From positions 1,492,871 through 1,556,870 of the forward strand of contig OZ287700.1 of the NCBI GenBank assembly GCA_965649825.1: a stretch of 64,000 bases of DNA. The letters run 5' to 3'. The notes under the pieces are model-generated. The model made no database searches. It was not told the origin of the DNA and saw only the letters and a program-made list of their open reading frames with translations. This document shows, piece by piece, positions 39,074 to 49,522 of the stretch. The stretch comes from Penicillus capitatus. Lineage: Eukaryota; Plantae; Chlorophyta. The translations under genes were made by a program, and so were the position numbers. Position 1 is the first letter of the stretch, and each line of letters opens with the position of its first letter.

Positions 39074-39569
39074 TTAAGCAGAACTTCTAAATGTCCGCGA
39101 AACGTGCGCCACCTTTGCCAAGAACCAAACAGCAATAATCACACAGAATGCAAAGAGGACGAGCCAAAGCAGATGGTTGCTCTTAGACTGCTCATAAACC
39201 TTATTAAGACGTTTTGAGACACGACGCATGGCGAATTGTCCCTTCTCCATCGCCTCCCTCTACATGCCACACGATAGCATCATGCATACACACACCTCAT
39301 TTCGATTGGCACCATTTGCTCCAGGAATCGGTTTTGCTCTTGGGATTCGTTGTGAATTTCCCTCGTCACCTGACATCGCTCAGAGGCAAAGACAGAACCT
39401 CGTATACAGAACATACGTGTTTCAGTCGACCGACTTGGCTGCGCAGTCCTTCTATCTCCTTGTCAAAATCGAATTCTCCTTCAACGTTTATCTGCAGATG
39501 TCCATCGCCGTTGAGACGTGCACGAGAAGATAGGCCATCTCTGTTTGAGCGTCCCTGCCAGTCCGTCAT
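39074..39569 (-). CDS. Bet1/Sft1-like Qc-SNARE (3 exons)
   Basis: RSNRDGLSSR..DFDKEIEGLRSQVGRLKH|VTREIHNESQEQNRFLEQM|REAMEKGQFAMRRVSKRLNKVYEQSKSNHLLWLVLFAFCVIIAVWFL: a SNARE coil plus a C-terminal TM segment. Confidence 0.9.
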
Positions 39570-39713
39570 GGAGAGAGAACAAAGAGAAGAAACCAAGTCG
39601 CGTAAGATGCTGAACTAATGATACGGCATTTAGGACGTAATAACGACATCTCGGAGGAATGCGTTGTACGATAATCAATTCCGGCCTGGTTTTGTCGCTG
39701 TCGCTTGTGACGT

Positions 39714-40454
39714 CTATGGATCTCTTATCAGTGTCAAGATCATTTGGTAGAAAGGGCAGCACATGAATGCTCGTGAAACGAGACCTGCGTCAAGAGATTT
39801 CTGTTCTGTTTTAGAAGAAGCCGTTTTGACAAGTATGTGGACAGGAACGCTTTTTTGTGTTGGCGTATGCGATGCTTTATTGGTCGTCCAGAGACGAATT
39901 CGGTGGTGGCTTTCTATTGCGTCAGCACCGAACAGGCCCAACTGTCAATCGTTTTAACGTGCATCTTCCGCTCCTACTTGGGGAAACTGCATATTTCAAA
40001 TTATGCGACATAAAACACCACTGTTTTCTGCGCTGGTAAGCCTGATTGTCTAGTTTTCTCGGGCAACGAGACCGAAGACGATCAGAGAGCAAACTGAAGG
40101 CAGAGACTGCGTATTTTTCTAGTTCATCCCACGTAAGAACGCTAAAACGCGTACTCAGACACACTGTACGCCACACGTGGTGCGCTGTCCTCAAATGACG
40201 CGTAGGTATAAAGAAAGGCTCTTGCGCAGTCGTCTTTGTAGCTTTCGTTTAGTCCTGAACTCGGTGCCGCGCATTTCCAAAGCGGAAAACGGACTCTCTT
40301 CTTTGATCACACTTAGCAGACATCTGCTGTTGTGAATTTGTGACGGTTTTATATTGCCATAGCAACAGTGAGCATATAAGAAGTCGGAGTAAAAAGGCGA
40401 AACAGCGCTGACCCACAAAGCGGCGTTCAGCAAAGATAAGAATCGTATCAACAT
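39714..40454 (-). CDS. hypothetical protein (possible signal peptide)
   Basis: Consecutive minus-strand ORFs 40191-40454, 39922-40194 and 39714-39941 look protein-like, with a hydrophobic N-terminus MLIRFLSLLNAALWVSA. No known motif. Confidence 0.35.
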
Positions 40455-40714
40455 CCAATTCTTGCAAGCATCACGATCCGTCCTGCCTCTTTCCCAGGGG
40501 GAATCGAAAAAATATGTTCGCGTCTGCGACCTATTTAATTGAAAGACATGAGTGAACGCTCAGAACTTGTTGGCTTTCTGCGCACGTTACCCATCGTAGA
40601 AGAGGCAGTTATGTTTTGCTCCATGCATGCATGCCTTGATGATTACGAAGTCTCCGTCAGAATGATCGAAACGGTCACAACTGTTTCGCGTTTCAGCACG
40701 GTCGCAGTAGCCGC

Positions 40715-43700
40715 ATGTGGCGTTTTGCAATCCTTCTCCAGACGATTTGCGTCGTCGCAGATTCGGCTTTCCGCTTCGGTGCCGTTCTCAGCACAGTCGG
40801 TGACACTGCCACGCTCGCCGAAATAAAGAATGGATACGAGCTTTATTTCAATACTCTCAATGCAGAAAACGACGGACGCGGATTCGAACTCAAAGGGAAG
40901 AAGGGCACAGAGAGCTTCTTCTTTCAATTCGAGTTTCTCTGGCGTGAGGACATGAGCAACGAGAAAACGCATGAGCGACGCATGAGGGACCTCATTCGAA
41001 AGGACAGGGTGCATTTCCTTGGAGGCTCACATCCGGTCTACGCCGAAAGCGAAATGCGCATTGCCAATGAATTCGGCATCCTAAACTATCAGTGTTGTGT
41101 GGGGCCTGATTATCTCTACGAGCAAGATTACCCCACGGTCTTTGGGATTCAGGCATCCAACAGGCAGTATACAAGCATGCTGATCCGGACATTGCAGCTC
41201 AGAAATGTCACTGCAATAGAGTTCGTGTACCAGGAAGACGATCCGTTTACGCGGACAACGTGCGAAGCGGCAGAACGGTTCTTTCATGAATTCGACGGCA
41301 TAAGAGGGACGGATCATAGAGGCGTTGCTCGTCACCGTTTCAACGCGACCCTCACTCGCAACTCGGCGAGAGAAGCAGCAAAAGAAGCGAAGCTAAGAGG
41401 AATGGAAGCCGTTGTGGCATGTGTCTTTCCAGCAGATGGGAAACGCCTGGTTGAAGCTTTCCATGAGATCCGATATCCCCTGAGGGCTTTCTTCTTGACG
41501 ACCGGTCCGACGAAGCAAGACTGGGCGGACGATTTTGATCCGCCCTCCCTCGCGAACGATCTGCTGAGCGCTGGTCAGTGGCATCCTGGGATAAACTACT
41601 CTGATGCGTTTTTCAGATCCACAAGTCGTTACGCAGAGATGTACCGAGACAACTACGGCGGCCTTGTGGCGACTTACGAATCAGCTGGGGCGTCTGCTGT
41701 TGGACTAACACTCACACAAGCTATTCGAGAGGCTTTTCGAAGCTGTGACATTTCGGCAACAGGAGGCGATGTTGATGAGCTGCTTTACAATGCAACGGCC
41801 ATTGAATGCGACCGGGGCGAGATTCAGATTGGATACCAACGCATTCTTCACGCGCTTTCCGTTTTGGTAATGAAGGAGACCTTCTTTGGAGGCGTCGCGT
41901 TCAACAAATTTCGACGAAACGTGGCATTGCAGCCGGTCACCACGCAGATCTTCGAGCGAAAGGCAGGTGGTGATACCTTCAGAGAGATCGTCGCCGTTTT
42001 GCCGCATACCTACGCCAACGAGGTGCTGAAGTATCCGGCCACGAATCGCTACACTAAAAAGTGCAAGCCTGGATACTTTACTGGTCCTGATCCATTCGAT
42101 CCTTGCCAGCACTGTGCGCAAGGGGAATTCTCTGACCTCACCGACGCTGATCATTGCGAAAGGTGTCCGAAAGGAACGTGGACAGATCAATTGGCCCAGC
42201 AACAATGCAAACCCTGTCCGGAAGGAACGCACACGATTGTCCCCGGCGCCAAAAAACAGAGAGACTGTGTCTGCAGACCTGGCTACTTCAATATTGCCCT
42301 GCAAGCAGGAGTGAAGTGCGAACCATGTCCTGAGGGAGCTGTCTGTCAAGGAGGAGTGCAGCCGCCGATTCCACGACATGGTTACTGGGCAGACGAGTCA
42401 CGACGATATCAACTGTACGGCTGCGATCCTCTTTCCAGCTGTCTCGGGGGAGAAAGTATGGCCTGCGAGCAAGGCCGTACTGGGAGGTAAGACTGCTACT
42501 GGCAACGTCCTTGCGCCAGATCTCGCTTTAGGATGTGCTCTGAATGTGCCGATGGCTACTTTAACGTCATTCAGAAGTGCTATCCGTGCAGAGACAAAAG
42601 CGAACTCGTTGCATTCTTTATTCTGCTTCTATTGGGGTGGTGCTTTGTCGTTCTGCTCTCAAGAACGGTGGATTCGTTCGCGATCATTTTGCAGTGGGCT
42701 CAGTTGGCCAACATCATTGGTGACATTCATCTTAAGTGGGCAGGTATGGTGACAACACTGTTTGGAATTGCCAGTCTGCTCGACTTGGACGTTGACATTA
42801 TGGATCCCACTTGTCTAACATCGTGGGGTCTCAGACAAAAGCTCCTTCTGCAGTTGGCACTTCCTTTTTTGCTGACGGGTTTGGGATGCAGCAGGTATCT
42901 GGGATCTGCCTTTGTTCATATGCTGCTCAAACATAAGAAACTGAAACTGGGCAGAGGATGTCGACGATTTCTGTCCTTCTTCGTGCGTATCCCGGAGAAC
43001 GAATCTGAGCTTACCGAGAAACGAGATGCCACCATTGCCTCTCTCCTGGCATCCATAAATATCTGTTACATCACGATCACTAAGTATTGTTTCGATGTTT
43101 TCAAATGCGAGAAGATCGCTGGAGTCTCGGTTCTCAGAGTGGATCCCAGTATTGCCTGTGACGAAAGACACGCGATCACCGTCATTGTCGCCGGTTTGGG
43201 CATTTGCATATACGTCCTTGGATACCCGGCATTTCTCTGCTGGAAGCTCTACCACCTGCACTGCTGTGATCGTTTTGTGGATCCGGTCCAGCTCCGCACA
43301 TACGGATTCATCTATGCAAAATACGAACTGGACTATTGCTACACCCCAGCAATCGTCATCGTTAGGAAACTGCTGTTTGTCTTAGTCCTAGTGTACATCA
43401 ACAACCCGGCATTCCAAGTTGGTGCGATTGCCGTGATCATCAATGCCTCGCTGACCATCCATGTCTATACAGCGCCGTACGTAGACACGCACCTGGATGT
43501 CCTTTTCAGTTTCTTGTTGCTGGCGCTGTTATTCGAGGCATTTGGCGGACTGATGTTCTACAGTGAGAATCTACCAGACGCCAATCGACACATTCTGGAA
43601 TGGATCGTCTTCGTCACGTTCTTGATGCTGGTTGTCGTCTTCGTACTCATTTTTGTTGCCGAGATTGTCAAGAAATACTACACCCTGTTTCTCAAGAAGC

Positions 43701-44623
43701 AACATCGATCTTTTGCCAGAAAGACTAAAGGCGATGGGCGCCATGGACAGACAGAGGCGTCCGTGGTCAACAGTCCACTTGCCCGCGCTGTTCTGGATAC
43801 TGTCGGGTCCAGGGACCTGGACAAAAGAATCAGTTTGGAGCTGCTCGATACATTCGAACCCGGTTTTGTCTATCGCTGTCTGAGGAAGCATCCAGAACAT
43901 ATCCAGAAGTGGGATCGCCTCACCGACATGCTCAAAGATTATATGGCCGATGATTCTGATACTTCCTATCTCTCGACCGATCCCGTGGCGAAGTTCTGGA
44001 GAAAGCTGGTTGATCGATTTCCTGAGCTTGTCGATTTTTTGGCAGTCGCGGACGAAGACAGTCGGAACAAGTTTAACGACTTCGCCACAAATCTCTATCG
44101 AAACTTCTACCTGTCGAAGAAAATCGAGCCTTTGCCTCTCATAGGCGTACTGAACTGGAGAGACTATGCTCCACTGGCTCAGTGGCTGGCCATTGCTGAA
44201 AAGGAAGAACGTGAGTTTTTCTTGAGCTTTATGGGTGAGCTGTTCGAGACGGCTGGCATGCAGGAGGCAGCTGATGCCCTTAATGTAAAGTTTCGAACTG
44301 GTGGTCCTGATCCGCATCTGCAGCATCGCCGAGAACAGACAAATCTTGCGAGGAAAGGGAGAAGAGCTCTGATCCACATGAACAGTGGTTCCAGTCCTTT
44401 TCGCCATTCGGCAGCAGAGAAGAATCTCAATACCTTGACAACCGTGGCAGTCGGTGTCTCAAAGTTCCGCTTGGGTCCATTGCGAAGCAAGAAGAAATTA
44501 TCTCAGCCGCTGGCAGCTACGGGGACGCAGACAGGACCCTCGACCTCGGAAGCCCCGATGGAATCCGCTCGGGAGACCGATCCAGCGATGGAACCTGTCG
44601 AGGAAGAAGACGTCGAGCATTGA
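40715..44623 (+). CDS. receptor-like membrane protein: signal peptide, periplasmic-binding (Venus-flytrap/LivJ-like) domain, Cys-rich TNFR/ephrin-like repeats, about 9 TM segments, cytosolic tail
   Basis: Two long exons (40715-about 42488 and about 42531-44623) joined by a gtaag..ttag intron. Motifs are listed in the findings. Confidence 0.85.
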
Positions 44624-46451
44624 GAGATCGAAAACAGAATGCTCCTTTGTCCCAGAAGAAAGAAAACTTAAGCCAAGCCATCTAGGTCCATCAACGTGCT
44701 TCATATGAAATGCCATTGTTTTTTATTCTATGGTTTTAGTGTGACTAGCACATAACTTCCTGCGACATTCCTTTCCTTCACATTCAACTCCGTATCACAC
44801 AACAACCACGGAATCAGGGTTTATATTTTGTTCTGTCGGTCTTCAACGTACTATGAAACCTATGTTTACAATCACGTGGATAGTGTTAATCCCGCCGCCT
44901 TTTTCAGTTTTCAATTTCAAGGGACTGTCTGTGACTGTCAAAGATGAGTCTAACATTACATCTTCAATGTCAGAATGTATTCACACCCCTTATTCACAAG
45001 GACTCGTCTTCTGCGTCAATGGATCGTGTTTGACAAAGGTACAGATGAGATCGTGGTGTGCTATGTTCATGTCACTCCCTTTCAAAGTGAATTGTAATCG
45101 GTTCTGAGCTAATAAATAGTGCTTCATTTCTTCTCCGGACATGGGCGCTTCTCTATGTAACAGCCGAGATGTTGTATACACTGAACTCGGCAGAAGCATT
45201 GAAAGCCAGATCGTGTACAACGTCACTAACCTTCGAGCCTGCGTAATAGCCCGACGATCAGCAAACGGAGTGTACGCTGTCATGAATGAGTAATTGGGGG
45301 CGTTAAACCCGAAGTGTCACTTGATGTACTTAACAGTGGTGCCTGTGTCGAGTACGTGATTAGTGTGATCTTTTCTGTAACACATTCTGGTCGTAAAAGC
45401 GACAACGCCAAGCCACGAACTCTGAAGACACTGTTATATCTTTCCCTGAAATTGCGGCTTCGACGCACAAAGCAGTTTTTTCTTGTTTATCTGGAAGAGC
45501 AGGAGGCATGATGGGCTTCGACCTTCTTTCTTCAAGATACTACAGGAAGAAACAAAGGTACCTGCACACACGTCGTGGGTTGCAAACGAAGCTTTGTTAT
45601 TCGAAGCTTCTGTGGAGGATTGCACGGGTATTCTAAGAATTGGATGAGAAAGCACGGATTAGTGCGTTTGTCTCGGAAAGAATACAGTCTTCTGAGCACG
45701 TGTAGGTTGAGCATATTAGTCACTCGCGGATCGATTCCATGTTTGTTAGCTTACAAGTATTGCTTTAAAGCCTCAAGATGAAGGTTTGCTAGCTTACAAG
45801 GTCGTTCTCTTGAAGTAATTGTAGTGAGAACAGAGTACAAAATCGAATTGCCGTGACAACACACGCGGTCATGGTTCAGTTGATGGTTTGACCTTTTCTG
45901 GGCAAAAGTTGAACTTAATAGAACAATCCGAAGGTTTGACGCACAAAACCACCATCTTCTAAATTAAGAAAACACTTTTTTTATGTTTAGATGATTAATA
46001 TGTGGACTCTTGAGATATGCGAGTGCAAACCGGGACAATTACACATTCATGTTAGGCGTAATGTTCGTAGACATGCATTTTCAGATTACAGTGTGGTTTA
46101 TCTGACTTGGTAACAATTGGTTGTTAAATAACTGACGGGGATTCGACAGACTCTAGCGCGCCGCGAACGCCCCGACGCGTATGCGGAAGCGGAGGAACTC
46201 TATCGCGTCGAAGCTAAGACTGATTACATGGCGCATACAATCGGTTTAGTACCCCTGGCACCCGCGGACCGCTGTCCCATCAGGAAGCGGACAGTCTGTC
46301 CGGTCCGCGGGGCCGCAACCGTTGTCGCGTACCCGTCAATAACCCTAGGTTTTAAAAGAACATTGGTTTGTATACGTAAGACACTTTACAAGACCGAACG
46401 GACACTGTAACTGCGAGACTGAATAGAGGTCAACTTTAAGAGTCAAAGATG

Positions 46452-46566
46452 TATGGCCTTTGTTGTACTAACGTGTTGTGCAGGCCTGCGAATCAAGCAT
46501 ATGGCCTTTGTTGTATTAACGGGTCACTCAGACCCGCGGATCTGAGAAGCCTTTGCTATATTAACG
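46452..46566. repeat. three-copy 22-nt direct repeat (TATGGCCTTTGTTGTAYTAACG) with hairpin-forming spacers
   Basis: Copies at 46452-46473, 46500-46521 (1 mismatch) and 46545-46566 (degenerate, gcctttgctatattaacg). Periods are 48 and 45 nt. Confidence 0.85.
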
Positions 46567-46758
46567 ATTCTTGTGAACCAGTGTTCGGGATGCGGATTAC
46601 GACGGTGTGTGAATGTTGGTTTAAAGCCCCTTCGCCATCGGCATTTAGAGCTGCAATACAAGGAGGTTGTTCGAAGTGTTCGAAGTGTTTCTAGTTAGAT
46701 CTATGAGTTAACTTTGAGTGACCAGTCTAAAATAGATCCAAAATGAGAATATGCGACC

Positions 46759-47640
46759 CTAATGCTTATTCTTGTTTTCCCACAAGTGATGTAGGGCGCA
46801 CAGGAATTTTGTCAAAGAACAGATGTTGGGACGCTTTTGAAGAAAACCACTGAGGGCTTCCAAGGTCTGGATGCCCGGGAGGTGCTGGGAACGAAGATGC
46901 CAGATGCGGGGACAATGGAGAATGTGTTGCCGTGTTTCCTCAGATTGGCCGCACAGTCTGCAGAGAGGGGATTCATGTTTCCGAATTCGGTGCAGATATG
47001 AACGGGATCTCCAGTGATCCAGGAGAAATTGTGCTAGTAAGGACAGATCGAGGCGCCGGTAATTTTTAAAGATCCAAAGGGCTCGCCAGGCGAAGGGGCC
47101 CCAGGGGAGCGATGTTCTGCCTGAGGCTGGGTGTGGGTCCTCGCGAAAGGACGATACTGTTTGGGTGTGGTTCTAACTTCGAATTTCAGACTTCCATTGG
47201 GGAGCGTTGATACTCTGAGAGAGTATGCGAGATTCTCTCGGCAGGAGTGCAAAAAGTTGTCGAGTGACTGATAGACGAGACGGGTAGGTCTGGGTGACCT
47301 GTGCTGAGAGTTGTTCAGCCGACCAGTGCGTTGTTTTCTTCAGAATTTCTGACCGAAGGAGGGACTCAAAGGTGTCCAGGCCTGCGAGATGCATGACTTA
47401 TGTAAAGGGCGAGGAGCGAAAGGTGGCCGTGATCACTATGGCAGCGATGCGTAAGATGCGATTGATCTTTTGCGTCTTGGTTTTATTATGGTACACTAAG
47501 GGACCCCAGGACGATGCGGCATATGTGGCTTGGGGAATTAGTGTTCCACGTATCAAGGTGCGCATAATCTGAGGAGAAGCTCCCTAATGTGTAGCTGCTA
47601 ATCTGCGGATAAGGAGGAGGGATTACGACGGTAGAAAACC
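46759..47640 (-). mobile_element. degenerate non-LTR (LINE, I/R1/Tad1-group-like) retrotransposon, 3' part of ORF2 (RT C-terminus and CCHC knuckle)
   Basis: One minus frame with in-frame stops reads LLLIRRLAATH*GASPQIMRTLIRGTLIPQATYAASSWG..RILRIAAIVITATFRSSPFT*VMHLAGLDTFESLL..EIRS*..LDLSLLAQFLLDHWRSRSYLHRIRKHESPLCRLCGQSEETRQHILHCP..KNKH*. Confidence 0.85.
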
Positions 47641-48865
47641 GCGGCACCGAAAGGAAATGCAAGTGACAGACTGTAACCGTGTCATTTATAACGTCGGACG
47701 ATTATTTCCGTACTGTTCGTGCCAGAATGTCATCCGAGGATATCATTGCCGAGCTCTTAAACTCGAGACTATAAGGATCTAGTGATAATCGCACTTAATG
47801 GATTTCTGCTACCATACCAGTCTTTCGAAGAATCAAGAAGTTATATGGCCTTGTTTGTTTACTTCATTTCAAAAAGTGAAAGCTATTACTAAGGTTGGAA
47901 ACAGTGAATAAAAGATTCGACATCAGATCGCTGATTCGGTAGTATAAAGATCGCGTTTTCATTCCATCCCTGAGTCATCGTTTCAAACTCCTACATCAGG
48001 AGCTTAATGCAACGGCGACAGATAGTTCAGTTGGTGAGACGAAGAGTTAACTTTGACCATTATCAACCCGACACTGATGAACACGAAGAAACCGCAATTG
48101 AAGTGTAGCGAGAGTATAAGGTATTCCGAAGAAGTCACGAAACACCATGTAATAAGTGCCCATTATGTGGTTCGAGACGTACAAGCAATTATTTCCATCT
48201 TCTGCATGTTATGTCATGCAAGTTTTTTCAATTAGCGCGACACAAATCTCAGCGAAGCGCTTGTTTTCTGTGGTTTTTTGATCGCGAACTTATGGTGTAC
48301 TTGGCTTGTCGTTATATATCGACTGTCAAAATCGAGGAAGGTGTTATGCTTCATTTATGAGCCGATAGTAGACAACTAAGAACCGAGTTAGTTAAACATA
48401 CTAAGAGATCTGAGAATCAGAACATATGCTAGACGAGCATAAGATGAGGACACGTCATTATGACCGACGAACCGATCAGGGCTCGAGATCAGCGGACACT
48501 CAAATCTGTTCCGGCGCTAGTTGGCAAGAACCGGAAAGTGGAACAAATTATCAAGTATTGTTGTGTGCCTAGGATTACACCTTATATCCGCCATGAACGT
48601 TTTACAAGCATACTCCGTTATCCTCGCAAAACCGAATACCAGGTTTGCGAAAATACCGCGTCGCGTAAGAAATTAAGGGACGCGGTTTAGTAAAGACCGG
48701 GGAAGCCGATTCAAATCTGCGATTCGCCCAACACTGGCGTAAACCTTCGATTCTGAAAAGTCGCAGAATGCCCGTTCCATTATCGCCGTCTTCACTTCCT
48801 GATCAATTGCGGGCCATCGCCAACACACCATCAACAAACGTTGTCGACTCTCGACAGAGTTCCAG

Positions 48866-49484
48866 ATGATTTCGAACAGAGTACCTTCCAACGTCTCTTT
48901 ACCTGTTCGCGTCCGCGGCCGCCCTCTTGCACGTACAGCATCTTTACCTCCCGTGACTCGTCAAGTCTCTGGATCAGGGTTCCGTCGAGACGGACAACGA
49001 CGCCGTTGTGCTTTCCTTCATCGTGCCAGTCTCGCTGCTGACCGCGCCGCTCTTGATATTACTAAAGCACAATCCAGTCATATCTGCTCTTTTCCCTGAC
49101 GTCTCTTCTATTTTCAGATGGAGCCTCTGGGAGATCGTATCCTGGTCAAGCCTTTCGAAGCCGAAGAGGTTCTCACAGCTCTCTTGTTGTTCACACCATC
49201 TGTGGAATGCCCCACAGAAAACGGAAGGCGGAATACTGCTTCCTTCAAGCGCTGTCGATACAGGCAGAGAGGCCTGTTTTGGAGAGGTAGTCAGAGAAAC
49301 GCATTTGAGCAGCTTCCAGAGACAATCAATGTAGGTTTTGTCCATCGGAGAAGACGTGGAGCTAAAACTGTCAACAGGCGATAAAGTTGTCTTCAACATG
49401 ATGTCGTCGTCGGCCAAGGTGGAGGTCGCCGATGGGGAAATCGTTTTTGTCCGTGGCAAAAATATTTTGGCAACGCTAAGCTAG
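48866..49484 (+). CDS. cpn10: plastid co-chaperonin Cpn10/Cpn11-like (4 exons)
   Basis: R/S/A-rich transit peptide ..AALDITK|MEPLGDRILVKPFEAEE|KTEGGILLPSS..GE|VLSIGEDV..GDKVVF..ILATLS*, a GroES-like fold. Confidence 0.87.
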
Positions 49485-49522
49485 AAACAAAGTGTTGAAA
49501 AGAACCTTCTTGCACTGTTTGT

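Noticed and set aside
46335-46352. Telomerase RNA template or telomeric seed (taacccta)
   Set aside because: Only an 8-nt match, followed immediately by a T-run, with no tandem telomeric repeats or recognisable Pol III promoter.
46452-46566. CRISPR array
   Set aside because: Eukaryotic intron-rich context, no cas genes, only three degenerate repeats, and the palindromes are in the spacers rather than the repeats. Kept as a non-CRISPR repeat finding.
46594-47632. Shared 13-mer GGATTACGACGGT at 46594-46606 and 47620-47632
   Set aside because: One copy lies inside LINE coding sequence, so it cannot be a target-site duplication. A single short match with no interpretation.
47700-48360. Upstream continuation of the LINE RT core (TFLDF near 48340, SLF..LVIA near 47900, YPRMTF near 47735)
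   Set aside because: Motif-like fragments lie in the same frame, but the spacing does not fit RT subdomains and there are many stops. It cannot be supported without a profile search.
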